Shown here: positions 44,089 through 54,289 of the stretch, piece by piece
Layout of the letters: each line of letters begins with the position of its first letter
How positions within the stretch are numbered: the first letter of the stretch is position 1
Assembly: GCA_963806225.1 (NCBI GenBank)
Contig: CAWDXG010000001.1
Coordinates: 64,001 to 128,000 of the forward strand
Length of the DNA stretch: 64,000 nucleotides
From: an uncultured delta proteobacterium
Lineage (GTDB): Bacteria; Myxococcota_A; Polyangia; Polyangiales; Polyangiaceae
Direction: 5' to 3'
Notes under the pieces: generated by a model
What the model was told of the DNA's origin: nothing
The model's database searches: none
What the model saw: the letters and a program-made list of their open reading frames with translations, nothing else
Translations under genes and position numbers: made by a program

Positions 44089-46016
44089 GTCTCTTCACTT
44101 CGCTTTCGGGGTTCGATAGTGCCGAGCAGCCGTTCCACGAGCTGATCCATGCGAAACGGCTTCTGCAAGAACGCGCACCGGCCCTCGGCCAGGTGGCGCG
44201 CCGCGTTTTCCTCGCTGTAGCCGCTCGTCAATACCACGCGGACATCGGGCTGGATGCGGCGCAACACCGCGAGCACTTCCGGACCGTTGAGGTCGGGCAT
44301 GGTCATGTCGAGGAGCACGGCGTCGATCTCGTCGACGTGCTTCTCGAACATCTCGATGCCGCGCCGCCCGCCTTCCGCCACCAGAACGGTGAACCCGGAT
44401 TCGGAAAGCAGGCTTGCGCACATCGCGCGGACGCTATTCTCGTCGTCGATCACGAGCACCGTATGCCCCGCGCGCGGCAGTTCCGGCGATGATGGCGGCG
44501 GGCCGGCGACGGCGCGCTCCGACGCCGGAAGATACACCGCAAAGCTCGAGCCGCGGCCCAGCCGCGTCTTGACGTGGATCGCTCCGCCGTGGCCGTGCAC
44601 GATGCCGAGCGTGGCGGCGAGTCCCAGGCCGCGCCCCGCCGTCTTGGTGCTGAAGAAGGGGTCGAAGATGCGCGTGCGTGTGTGCTCGTCCATCCCGACC
44701 CCGTTGTCCGTCACCTCGAGGCAGACGTGTTTTCCCGGCGAGGCCCTGTCGGTGCCCCCGGCCGGTACGGCGTCGCAGACGCCGATCCGCACGTCGACGC
44801 GCCCCTCGCGCCCGGGTATCGCGTCGGCAGCGTTGGTGATCAGGTTCATGACCACCTGTTGCAGCTGGGCACGGTCCCCGTCGATGGGCGGGAGCTCCGG
44901 CCCGAATTCGTAGAGAAGGTCCACCCTACGCGGGATCGCCGAGCGCAGGAGATGGGTCATCTGCTCGACTAGCTGCGACAGGTCGACGGACTCGACCAGG
45001 CGCTGGGCCTTGCCCGCATAGGCGAGCATCTGCCGGGTGAGATCCGCCGCGCGCTCGGTCGCGGCAAGGATGCTCTGCAGGTCTTCTCTCGCCGGCGCGC
45101 CCTCGTCCGCCTGCCCCAACGCGAGACTGGCGTTGCCCATGATCACAGCCAATAGGTTGTTGAAGTCGTGCGCGATTCCGCCGGCCAGCACGCCCAGGCT
45201 CTCCAGCTTCTGCGCGTGCTGCATCTGCGCTTCCAGACGCTTGCGCTCGGTGATGTCGAGGAACGTGACCACGGCGCCGTGGCCACCGGATGGCTCTTCG
45301 AGAGGCAGCGCCGTGAAGACGGCCCAGTAGCTCGACCCGGCGGGATGCCGCACGCCGATCGTGCGGGGCCCCGCGGGCTGCCCCGTGGCAAGACAGACGC
45401 TGACCGGGTACTCCTCCACCGGACACGGCGTCCCGTCCTCACGCAGCGTCTCCGGCGCGAAGTCTGCAACGTAGCGACGGGTCAGATCGTCGAAGGAGAG
45501 CCCCAGCAGGCGCAGGCCCTCGGTGTTGCCGTGGAGCACCGAGCCGTCGGCGGAGACGACGACGACTCCGCCTGGTACCGCTTCGATGATGCGGCGGTTG
45601 AGCTGTTCGCTCGCGGCGAGCTCCCGCTCGGCCCGCTTGCGCTCCGTTATGTCGACGATCGTCCCGTGGAGCCTGCCGTCCGAGATCCAGGCGGACAGCA
45701 TCACATCGCGCTCTTCGCCGTGCCGCGTGACGATCGTGATCTCGTGGTGCCGCAGCACCTCGCCGCGGGTCACGTGCTCGAAGATGCGCCGGCGGTCCTC
45801 GGGGTTCTTGTAGAAGACGAGCGAGCTTGCCTCCTCCACCTCCTCGGGCGAATTGAACCCGGCGATCTGCGCCGCTTCCTCGTTGATGTAGTGGATGTGC
45901 CCTTCCAGATCGGTCTCGAAGATACCGACGGGCACGGTCAGTAGCAGGCGGCGCGCGTCCTCCTCGGTGAGATCGAGCCGTTCTTCGCCGGTCAGCCCCT
46001 TCAGCAGCACCTTCAT
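44085..46016 (-). CDS. Cytoplasmic PAS-PAS hybrid histidine kinase
   Basis: Two PAS domains ('DITERK'), 'AGGIAHDFNNLL', 'FDPFFSTK..GRGLGL', C-terminal REC. Confidence 0.95.
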   Translation of the reverse strand: MKVLLKGLTGEERLDLTEEDARRLLLTVPVGIFETDLEGHIHYINEEAAQIAGFNSPEEVEEASSLVFYKNPEDRRRIFEHVTRGEVLRHHEITIVTRHGEERDVMLSAWISDGRLHGTIVDITERKRAERELAASEQLNRRIIEAVPGGVVVVSADGSVLHGNTEGLRLLGLSFDDLTRRYVADFAPETLREDGTPCPVEEYPVSVCLATGQPAGPRTIGVRHPAGSSYWAVFTALPLEEPSGGHGAVVTFLDITERKRLEAQMQHAQKLESLGVLAGGIAHDFNNLLAVIMGNASLALGQADEGAPAREDLQSILAATERAADLTRQMLAYAGKAQRLVESVDLSQLVEQMTHLLRSAIPRRVDLLYEFGPELPPIDGDRAQLQQVVMNLITNAADAIPGREGRVDVRIGVCDAVPAGGTDRASPGKHVCLEVTDNGVGMDEHTRTRIFDPFFSTKTAGRGLGLAATLGIVHGHGGAIHVKTRLGRGSSFAVYLPASERAVAGPPPSSPELPRAGHTVLVIDDENSVRAMCASLLSESGFTVLVAEGGRRGIEMFEKHVDEIDAVLLDMTMPDLNGPEVLAVLRRIQPDVRVVLTSGYSEENAARHLAEGRCAFLQKPFRMDQLVERLLGTIEPRKRSEET

Positions 46017-46176
46017 CGGCTTCGCACGCTCCCCGTCGCCAGGCGACGCCTCACCCCACTACCGCGCAACAGAGCATAGCGCCGCACCGGCCGATTCGCA
46101 GGCAACTCGCGGAAAGGGCGGCAATGACGCCCTCCGTGGCGGGCGCACGCTGTAGCCGCCGTATGAGGACCTCGGC

Positions 46177-46977
46177 TCAGTGGTTCGCGACGCTCGCGTC
46201 GAAGCGATTGCCGCCGAACTGGGTCACGGGCTCGTAGAGGGGCGGGGCGATGTCGTAGACGCCGGGTTGGTTGTCGCCGCCGGATACGTCGGTCCAGCGG
46301 AAGGCGTGGTCCATGTTGACCACGATGCGCAGGCTGGCCGCCTCGGGGCCGATCTGCACGTCGACGGGGAAGTAGACGCTCCAGAGACCGTTTTCGACCA
46401 CGGCTTCGGCGCCGTCCGTCGTGGAATAGTCGGGAACCCGCGCGTCGCCGTCGAAGCGCTGCGTCTGTCCGCCTCCCTCGAAGTCCTGTTCGTAGTACCC
46501 GGCGTCGTGCTGCGTGCCGTCGAGCGTCGTGCCGTCACTGGTGACCATGAGGGCGTGCAGCGTACCCGGCGTGGCGGTCGAGCCGACGTGGAGCGCGACC
46601 TGGATGTCGAAGCGCGACCAGTCCTGGACGAGGCGCGCCTTGACGTAGTGGCCGGGCACGATGTCCGCGCTGTCCAGATGCGCGAGCGGCGTGGAGTCGC
46701 CGTCGTTGTAGCCGACGGTCGTATCCTTCGAGCCGGCGTCGAAGACGGTCCACTCCGTGCCGTCGGAAGTGAGCAGAGTCAGGCTCCGGATGCCGGCCGT
46801 CACGTGCGTCGCGGTCTGTCCCGCCGCTCCGTCGCTGAACTGGAACGGCGCGGTGGACGCTGCGACGGTCACCGAAAGGCCGGACGCTGAGCCGCCGGGG
46901 TCGGTCGAGTCCGTGCTGCCGCAACCAGCGGCCGCGAGGAGCACTGCGCAGGCGAGAAGCGAGTTCCTGGGTGTCAT
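46177..46977 (-). CDS. Hypothetical lipoprotein
   Basis: Lipobox 'AAGC', beta-rich, coding-like codon use. Confidence 0.7.
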   Translation of the reverse strand: MTPRNSLLACAVLLAAAGCGSTDSTDPGGSASGLSVTVAASTAPFQFSDGAAGQTATHVTAGIRSLTLLTSDGTEWTVFDAGSKDTTVGYNDGDSTPLAHLDSADIVPGHYVKARLVQDWSRFDIQVALHVGSTATPGTLHALMVTSDGTTLDGTQHDAGYYEQDFEGGGQTQRFDGDARVPDYSTTDGAEAVVENGLWSVYFPVDVQIGPEAASLRIVVNMDHAFRWTDVSGGDNQPGVYDIAPPLYEPVTQFGGNRFDASVANH

Positions 46978-47187
46978 GTCCGGCGCCCGGTAGCACGGGT
47001 CGTGCCAGGCCGGAAAAGCAGAGCGGCGTTGGGCGGTGCTCCCTTGGTGTCAACGCGCGGCGACACCCGCCGCGCTCCGGCAGTTGACGGCCGCTCGTCG
47101 CGCGACGTGGACCGCGGGCGCTGTGTCCGGCTCCAGAAGCACGCTAGCGCCCGGGCACGCCGCAGGCGGTCGCAAGCGCGACGGACC

Positions 47188-48861
47188 TCAGAGACCGGCG
47201 CTGGCGCACATGACTTCGACTTTCTCCTGGGCGCTGCTGTGGAGCTTCGGTCCCTTGCCGGGAGAGGAGAGGCTCGCGAGCAGCACGCCGGTCGCGCACT
47301 CGAAGCCGTTCTTGTATTCCGAGCAGTAGCCCACCTCGCCGGGTATGGGCGATTTCCCCTCGTTGATCAGGTCCTTGCTGCAGTTGGTGATGTCGACCGA
47401 CAGCTTCGCCGCCGCGCCGATGTTGCAGAAGTTGGTGCAGGCGATGTTCTTCAGCTCGTCCTTGAGCTGCTTGATGAGCTCAGGCGTGATGCCGCCGTAC
47501 TGGAGGAGTTGACCCGAAAGACCCCACTCGTACGAGATGACGCCCACCATGAAGCCCAGGCAGTAGCCGAGCTTCGGGTTCTGCGCGACGTTCTCGTTGA
47601 TGGCTGGCACCTCGACCATGCCCTGGTGCTCGCCTCCTTGCATCACGCCGACCGTGCCTCCGGTCTTCGGATCGATGTCCCAGAATCCCCAGCGCGACTC
47701 GCCCGCGAGGGCGACTGCGGACTTCGGCAGCACGACGACGTGGCCCCGGTCCAGCGTGGCCTTCACAAGCGCCGCGAACGGTGCGGGCAGATCGAGCGAT
47801 TCGAGCGCTTTCCGGTTTCCGGGCGTGACCGGGACGACGCCGATACCGTTCCTGTCGGCTTCCTTCATGAGCAGGGCCGTGCTCACCGCTTGATCCTCGC
47901 CGCCGAACGTCTTCATGATCGTGCCTTCGAGTTCCGACTCCATCAGGCCGCGAGCCCGCTGGAAGAGCTTCGCCGCGCCGGCCTTCTGCGAGGATGCCAC
48001 CACCTCGTCGAGCCCGAGATCCAGGCTCAGCGTAGGGTTGTCGCCCGCGTCGCGGGCCTGGATCGTCGTGATCAGGACCCGCGGCACTTCGCGACGAACG
48101 GTCACGTCCAGCGTGCGGGCGAGCGTGTCGGTCATCTCGTCGGACTCGGCGGCATGCTCGAGCGCGATCGCGTTTCCGAGCGCGCCGGACACGTCCATGT
48201 CGTCGGCACGCGCAAGCAGAGCAGGCTGTTTGGAGAGCTCCGTCCTGCGCGCTTCCGCCTCGAGGGCCTCGGCCCTGGCCTTGCGCTGCTCGGCGGTCGA
48301 GCCGCCGAGGTGCCTGTGCACGAGCTCCTTGACCCGCTCGCGCGTGATCGCGCTCGACAGGGCGACAATCGTGTACCGGCTGAACGAGGGCGGCTCGCTG
48401 TCGCCCTCGTTCTCGAACAGCACGCGCTCGATGTGCCGCGAAGGGGCGCCGGGCGCGCGCAGCTCGAGGTCCAGCCACTCGCGCTTGATGCATTTGTCGG
48501 GCTTCGAGCAGTCGAGATCGAACGCCGGCAGCTCGACCTTGCTCTTTCCGACCTCGAAGCGCGTCTCGAAGCGCGCCAGCGCGTCCGGGGCTCTTTCGCC
48601 CGCCTTCTGCACCTTGCGGATCAAGAGCGACACGGGCATGTCGCGAAAATCGGCGAGCGGACGCTCCAGCTTTCCGATCTCGCCACTCTTGCCGTCTGCC
48701 GTCGCGCGCAGCACATGCACGACCAGGCGCTTGTAGTGGGGGCTGTTCGGGGTGGAAGCCGCTCTGCCGCGGCCCGCGCTAGTCGCCGGCGGCGCGACAA
48801 CTCGATTGCCCCCGCACGCTGCGAACAGGACGACCGCGAGCAGGGCGAGCATTCTTTTCAT
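47188..48861 (-). CDS. Hypothetical lipoprotein with Cys-rich C-terminus
   Basis: Lipobox 'FAAC', 'WGFWDIDPKTG.T.G....G..QG..E'. Confidence 0.7.
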   Translation of the reverse strand: MKRMLALLAVVLFAACGGNRVVAPPATSAGRGRAASTPNSPHYKRLVVHVLRATADGKSGEIGKLERPLADFRDMPVSLLIRKVQKAGERAPDALARFETRFEVGKSKVELPAFDLDCSKPDKCIKREWLDLELRAPGAPSRHIERVLFENEGDSEPPSFSRYTIVALSSAITRERVKELVHRHLGGSTAEQRKARAEALEAEARRTELSKQPALLARADDMDVSGALGNAIALEHAAESDEMTDTLARTLDVTVRREVPRVLITTIQARDAGDNPTLSLDLGLDEVVASSQKAGAAKLFQRARGLMESELEGTIMKTFGGEDQAVSTALLMKEADRNGIGVVPVTPGNRKALESLDLPAPFAALVKATLDRGHVVVLPKSAVALAGESRWGFWDIDPKTGGTVGVMQGGEHQGMVEVPAINENVAQNPKLGYCLGFMVGVISYEWGLSGQLLQYGGITPELIKQLKDELKNIACTNFCNIGAAAKLSVDITNCSKDLINEGKSPIPGEVGYCSEYKNGFECATGVLLASLSSPGKGPKLHSSAQEKVEVMCASAGL

Positions 48862-48994
48862 TCGGCAGGCCTCCGGGCAAGCGCGGCCGGATACGTCGAT
48901 CCGGCGGGCGTCGCTAGCATAATCGAATTGACTCCATGATGGCTGTTCCTTCTTTCTCTGTTCGCCGCATGGGCTCTAGACTAGTGATCCAGGC

Positions 48995-50158
48995 GTGAGC
49001 CATTCGACCAGGAAACGGATCGGTATTGCGTTCTTCTCGTTCGCGATCCTTGGACTCGTCGTTGCGTGCGGAGGCGCTCCGGGCGCCGGAGCGAAAGCGC
49101 CGGGTGCGTCGGGTGCGTCGGGCGCGCCGGGCGACAAGAAAGGCGGTCCGCCGCTCTCCGCGGCCTTCGACAACCCCGGCGGGTCGGCGGGTGCCGGCGC
49201 GACGGGCGCCACCGGGTCGGGCGCCGCCGGGTCGCCCGTTGCTGCGTTGGGCAAGCCGTGCCCAGCGGACAAGACGCAGAAGGATCTGGACTCGCCGCTC
49301 GGCAGCCCCAACCCGATACCGTTCGCGCTCAAGGGAAAGCTCGTCTACCTGCCGGAAGACGCTGCGAAATTGCCCGACTTCTCCAAGCTGCCGTCGAAGG
49401 GGACGCTGTACGCGACGAAGCTCGACGTTCCCGAGCGAGACTTCAAGAAGGGCTTTCCCGGTGTGAGCAATCGCTTCGAGTGGTTCGCGCTCGACTACAA
49501 GGGCTCGTTCTCGGCACCCGTTGCCGGAGACTATGGGTTTTCCCTTGAATCGGATGACGGCAGCAAGCTGCTCATCGACGGCAAGCTCGTCATCGACAAC
49601 GACGGGCAACACTCGACGGAGGAAGCGGAGGGCAAGGCCACGCTCGCGGCCGGGCCGCATGCGATCGAAGTGCAGTACTTCCAGGGTCCGCGCTACGGCA
49701 TTGCGCTCATGCTCCAATGGAAGCCGCCCGGGCAGAAGGACTTCATCGTTTTCCAGGCGGGAAAGGCCGCGCCAGCCGAGATCAAGGAGCGCGGGGGTGC
49801 CGTGCGTATCACGCTCAGCAGCGACGTGCTGTTCGATACCGCCAAGTACGACCTCAAGCCTCCGGCGCTCGCGGCGCTGGAGGCCGCGAAGGAGACGGCG
49901 ATCGATCCACGGCCCACCTCGCACATCACTGTCGAAGGTCACACCGACGACCGGGGCAGTGACGCATACAACCAGAAACTCTCCGAACAGCGCGCGCACT
50001 CGGTGGCGGCATGGCTCACCGCGCACGGCGTTGCGGCCGCGCGCATCACCACCCGAGGCTACGGAGAGAAGGCGCCGCGCGTCCCGAACACCTCGGAGGG
50101 GAACCGCCACAAGAACCGCCGCGTCGAGATGGTGGTCGTGGGGTGTCCGGGGAAGTAG
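48995..50158 (+). CDS. PA14 + OmpA-like domain lipoprotein
   Basis: Lipobox 'VVAC', PA14 'ESDDGSKL.IDG..VIDNDG.H', OmpA 'EGHTDDRG..YNQKLSEQRA..NRRVE'. Confidence 0.92.
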   Translation: MSHSTRKRIGIAFFSFAILGLVVACGGAPGAGAKAPGASGASGAPGDKKGGPPLSAAFDNPGGSAGAGATGATGSGAAGSPVAALGKPCPADKTQKDLDSPLGSPNPIPFALKGKLVYLPEDAAKLPDFSKLPSKGTLYATKLDVPERDFKKGFPGVSNRFEWFALDYKGSFSAPVAGDYGFSLESDDGSKLLIDGKLVIDNDGQHSTEEAEGKATLAAGPHAIEVQYFQGPRYGIALMLQWKPPGQKDFIVFQAGKAAPAEIKERGGAVRITLSSDVLFDTAKYDLKPPALAALEAAKETAIDPRPTSHITVEGHTDDRGSDAYNQKLSEQRAHSVAAWLTAHGVAAARITTRGYGEKAPRVPNTSEGNRHKNRRVEMVVVGCPGK

Positions 50159-50290
50159 GTACGCCCTTTTTCGCCCGCGTGGCTGGCAGCTCTGGCTCGG
50201 AATCATGTTCGGACTCTGCGCCATGCCACTCGCGGAAGGACTGTCTGGGCGCCACACCGAACGCAAGGAAGAAGGCGACGATAAACAACG

Positions 50291-50640
50291 TCAGGTCGAG
50301 CCGCGCCAGTAGCCGGGGGGTCGGCGAAAATCGCCGATGTAACCCCACTTGATGTAGGTGGGATTGCGTCCCAGTTGGTCCGCCCGGGTCATGCGCTTCT
50401 CGTGACCGGCCAAGCCAGTGCCGAAGCCGGCAACGGTCCGATGCGCTATCTCTGGATCTACAACGCCGTAGACATCGACCACGCGCACACGAGGTCCACG
50501 GCTATGTGACTACCGTCGACAACAACGCGAAGTACATGCGGTCCCGATGCGGCAACGACTTCCCGCGCTATCTGCGAGTCGAAGGCTTGTGGGTCCGGGA
50601 CGACCTCGACCACGGTCACGTGCTCGACGGCCGCCGGCAG
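50291..50640 (-). pseudogene. Degraded fragment of a membrane glycosyltransferase-like gene
   Basis: '[14 protein letters not shown]...GHEK' resembles a recurring motif in such proteins. No intact ORF. Confidence 0.3.
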
Positions 50641-50852
50641 GCGCTGACCCGTTTCATGCGGGCGGTGTGACAATTCCTGCCGGGCCGAGACAGGCGGCGC
50701 TTCCGACCTCGGGGAACCGGTCGTCGGGAATGTCCTGTGAATCCAGGGTGTTAGGTGGGCGCCTGCCAGGATCCCAGCAGGCAGTGGCGGCCCGGGGGGA
50801 TGGCGCGGCGGTATTGCCCGGGCGGGACCCTCGTGGTAATCGCTCGCCTCCC

Positions 50853-51020
50853 ATGCGCGACAACATCCGTCTGGTTTCGACTGCCGGTACCGGCTTCATC
50901 TACTACACGACCAAGAACAAGCGGACGATGACTTCGAAGCTCGAGCTGAAGAAGTACAATCCGAAGGTGCGCAAGCACGTCGTGTTCAAGGAAGCGAAGA
51001 TGCCGCCTCACAGCAAGTGA
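50853..51020 (+). CDS. rpmG: 50S ribosomal protein L33 (Cys-free, zinc-independent type)
   Basis: '[49 protein letters not shown]'. Confidence 0.97.
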   Translation: MRDNIRLVSTAGTGFIYYTTKNKRTMTSKLELKKYNPKVRKHVVFKEAKMPPHSK

Positions 51021-51089
51021 GCGGCACCTCCTTCACACTGTAGGGGCGGCGTCCCGCGCCGCGGCTGTTCGCGCCGCCCCCCTCCGAGC

Positions 51090-51551
51090 TCAATGCGCCG
51101 ACAGGTGCATGCAGTCGCTCGTGACCTTTATCTCGCTCATGCCGGGCTTCGCCGTCACGCTGGCGACGCCGTTCTGCGAGTCGTCGACGATCCAGAACAT
51201 GTCGCCGCTCCCGAACTGGTGGCTCGACACGGAGTTCGACTCGACGCTGGAGTAGGTGCCGCTGCCGAACTTGGGCTTTTCGCCGTAGAAGACCTTCACC
51301 GTCTTCGGGCAGTCGCTACGGATGTCGACCGACACCGTGGACGGAGCGGCAGGCGCGGCCGGGCCCTGGGACGCGTTGGAGGCCGACGGCCCCATCGGAT
51401 CGCCGGGCGAAGAGGGCGGGGGAGAGCCGCCCGTGCCGGGTCCGGTCCCTCCGGACGGCTGCGTGTTCCCGCCCTGCTGGGCGGGCATCGGCATCATGCA
51501 GGCGCCGAGGCCGGCCAGGAATGGAACCAGAATCGCGAGGCGGATGTTCAT
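51090..51551 (-). CDS. Hypothetical lipoprotein
   Basis: AAGGAG RBS, lipobox 'LGAC', Pro-rich linker, small two-Cys beta domain. Confidence 0.75.
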   Translation of the reverse strand: MNIRLAILVPFLAGLGACMMPMPAQQGGNTQPSGGTGPGTGGSPPPSSPGDPMGPSASNASQGPAAPAAPSTVSVDIRSDCPKTVKVFYGEKPKFGSGTYSSVESNSVSSHQFGSGDMFWIVDDSQNGVASVTAKPGMSEIKVTSDCMHLSAH

Positions 51552-51662
51552 CGGTGACTCCTTCCGGGCGGTGTTACGCCCCCAGCGGCGCGGAGCTTCC
51601 CCTCGCTCAGGGCGCGGCGTCAACTGGCGCCCGCCGCCCGGGGGGGCCCATACTGGTCGCAG

Positions 51663-52422
51663 ATGCAGCAGCGTGGCGGTGTTCAACAGGATGCGGCGCT
51701 TGCGCCGGCGGTGCCCGCGCTTGCCGAACCGGTTGCGGAGGCGGGGATACTCGCGGCGGGAACGCGCTGGGCGACGCCCTACTACGTCGTCGACAGCCTC
51801 GCCGAGGGGCCGACGGTGCTGCTCGTCGCGGGCGTGCACGGTAACGAGCTGGCGGGTCCGCTGGCTGCCGAGCGGATGCGCGGCTGGTTGTTGGTTCGCG
51901 GACGCCTCGTTCTGGTGCCGCGCGCGAACCAGCCCGCGCTGGCACGGCACACGCGGCGCGCGCCCGGCACACCCTTTGGCGACTTGAACCGCAACTTCCC
52001 GCGGACGGAAGCGGATGCGCCGCGCGGCACGATGGCGCAGCGCGCTATGGCGCACTCTGGCGGCGGTGCAGCCGGACTGGGTCCTCGACCTGCACGAGGG
52101 TTTCGACTTCAACCGCGAGAACGACAAGAGCGTCGGAAGCTCGGTGCTGTGCATCCCGAGAGGCGAGAGCCAGCGCCAGGGGGAGCGGCTGGTGCGCGCC
52201 GTCAACGCCACCGTGACCGCGCCGGAGCGGCAGTTCACGCTGCTCAGGTGGCCGGCGCGCGGTAGCCTGTCACGCGCGGCCTGGGAACAGCTCGGTATCC
52301 CCGGGCTGCTCCTCGAGACGACGCGCCGCAGGCAGGCGCTCGAGCTCCGCGTCGCTCAGCACCAGCTGATGGTCGCCGAGTTGCTCGCGGACCTGTCGAT
52401 GCTTGCCGGCGTGCCAGGCTAG
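51663..52422 (+). CDS. M14/succinylglutamate desuccinylase-aspartoacylase family protein, frameshifted near 52040
   Basis: 'GVHGNE' and 'DLNRNFP' in one frame, 'VLDLHEG' and 'LLET' in the next. True start uncertain. Confidence 0.75.
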
Positions 52423-54144
52423 TTCGTCGTCGTCGCCCTCGTTGAGGATCTTGAACTCGACGCGGCGGTTCTTGGCCCGGCCCGCAGCGGTGGCGTTGCT
52501 GACGATGGGCTTGTCGGGGCCGAAGCCCTGCGACTCCAGCCGGCTCGAGGAAATGCCGTGATGGATCAGGTACTCCATCACCGAGTGCGCGCGGTCCTTG
52601 CTGAGCTTCATGTTCAGATCGTGCGCGCCCTTGTTGTCGGTGTGCCCGTAGACGCCGATGCGAATGTTCGGCCGCGCCTTCATCAGCGTCACGACCTCGT
52701 TGAGGATCGGGTAGCTGACACGCTTGATGGTCGCCTTGGCGAACTCGAACTGGATCGGCTTGAGCAGCTGCACCTCGCCGCTCTCGGTCACGTGCGTGAG
52801 CTGCGGGCAGCCGTTCTTCGACGCGATCTTCGACGCCGGGCCGGGCTCGGTTGGGCAGTGGTCCTTGGTGTCGGGGATGCCGTCGTTGTCGGCGTCCGTC
52901 TCGGGACAGCCGTCGTTGTCCTGGATGCCGTCCTTGTCCTCCGGATCGTCCGGACACTTGTCGATGTTGTCCGGAATGCCGTCGCCGTCGCGGTCGCTGG
53001 CCGCGGGGCAGCCATCGGTCGGATCCGGCGGCTTGTGGTCTTCCTTGACGAGCGGGCACTTGTCGATGTCGTCCGGATAGCCGTCGCCGTCGGTGTCCTT
53101 CGGGTAGTCGGATACGTCGGGGACGTTCTTGTAGCCCGGCGGGCGCGAGGGCGGCGGCTTGTCGCTGATGGTGAAGAAGCTGCCGATGGACGCCAGGATG
53201 CGGAAGTCCGGCGACCCGTAGCCCGCCGTCAGCTTCGTGCCGGCGCCGGCGTTGATGAAGGTGCGGTGGGTCTTGCCGATGGCGAAGCGCGCCTGCCCCA
53301 GCCACTCCAGGTCGGTATTGCGGCTGGCGAAGGCCGTGTTGTGGAGGCGCCGGCGTCGTCCGTGACCTTCTGGATGCCGGTCGTCCCCCAGAGCTCGACT
53401 CCGAGGCGGACCGTGCCCTGGCGCAGCGGCACGTAGCCGCCGAGCGCCCAGCGCAGCTCGTCGCCAATGAACAGCGCGCCGCTGGTGCCGCCGATGCTGA
53501 GGTTCGGGCGGAAGTGCGGCCCGACGGTGCCGGCGAGCAGGAACTTGCCGAAGTCGTACTCGGCCCCGCCGTAGACGTAGCCGGTGAGGGAGCCGTCGCC
53601 GTCGAAGGAGTTGGCATTGCCGGTGGGCAGCCACATTGCGCCGCCGACACCCAGCTTGAACTTGTGGTTGTCGGAGCGGTACAGGCGCACCCGCGCGTCG
53701 AGCCTTAGGTCGCTGACGGCCACGGTCTTCACGTCGAGACCGTCGCCGATGTTCTGCTGGATGGGATCCGTAGCCGGACCCTTCTGGAATCGCGATCGGC
53801 AACGCGATGTTGAAGCTGGCGCGATTGGCGACCTCGGTGCCGGCCGTGAGGTAGCTGATGAGCTGCCACGGTACGGGCGTGGAGATCTGGTCGGCGATGC
53901 GCGCGTCGGGCGCCACGGTATCGGCGCGCAACGGGCGGTTGGTGTAGCCGAGCGCGAACTGGCCGTAGAAGCGCGTCTTTTCGTACGTGTGCGGCCGCCA
54001 CACCATGAAGCCGTCGTCCGGCGCACCGGAGAGCTGTGCGCGGTCGAGGTAGAAGGTCTTCGACTGTGCGCGGGCGCGCACAGTGGAGACGAGCGCTGCC
54101 GAGGCGAGCAACGTTGCAAGCAAGCGGCGCGGAGCGTGTTTCAT
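52270..54144 (-). CDS. Outer-membrane beta-barrel + TSP type-3 repeats + OmpA domain protein (TraB-like architecture), two compensating frameshifts
   Basis: Signal peptide, 'D.DGDG.PD..DKCP' repeats, OmpA 'GHTD..LSKDRA..NRRVEF'. The barrel segment at about 53340-53790 reads sensibly only in another frame. Confidence 0.8.
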   Translation of the reverse strand: MKHAPRRLLATLLASAALVSTVRARAQSKTFYLDRAQLSGAPDDGFMVWRPHTYEKTRFYGQFALGYTNRPLRADTVAPDARIADQISTPVPWQLISYLTAGTEVANRASFNIALPIAIPEGSGYGSHPAEHRRRSRREDRGRQRPKARRAGAPVPLRQPQVQAGCRRRNVAAHRQCQLLRRRRLPHRLRLRRGRVRLRQVPARRHRRAALPPEPQHRRHQRRAVHWRRAALGARRLRAAAPGHGPPRSRALGDDRHPEGHGRRRRLHNTAFASRNTDLEWLGQARFAIGKTHRTFINAGAGTKLTAGYGSPDFRILASIGSFFTISDKPPPSRPPGYKNVPDVSDYPKDTDGDGYPDDIDKCPLVKEDHKPPDPTDGCPAASDRDGDGIPDNIDKCPDDPEDKDGIQDNDGCPETDADNDGIPDTKDHCPTEPGPASKIASKNGCPQLTHVTESGEVQLLKPIQFEFAKATIKRVSYPILNEVVTLMKARPNIRIGVYGHTDNKGAHDLNMKLSKDRAHSVMEYLIHHGISSSRLESQGFGPDKPIVSNATAAGRAKNRRVEFKILNEGDDDELAWHAGKHRQVREQLGDHQLVLSDAELERLPAARRLEEQPGDTELFPGRA

Positions 54145-54289
54145 GATGCCTCCGGGGACCGATCGGCGGGAGGGCGCCGGCTTGCCGGCAGTCGAGAGAA
54201 GCACGGCCGAGGAAACTACCCCGCGGGCTGGGCCATTGAAAGCGGAACACGCCAACTACGCGAAGGTACGCGCATTTTCCCCCTCCCGT

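Noticed and set aside
52270..54144. Calling this gene traB, with the PA14 protein as traA
   Set aside because: The architecture is shared by many OmpA paralogs. The PA14 protein is not adjacent and has OmpA rather than Cys-rich repeats plus MYXO-CTERM.
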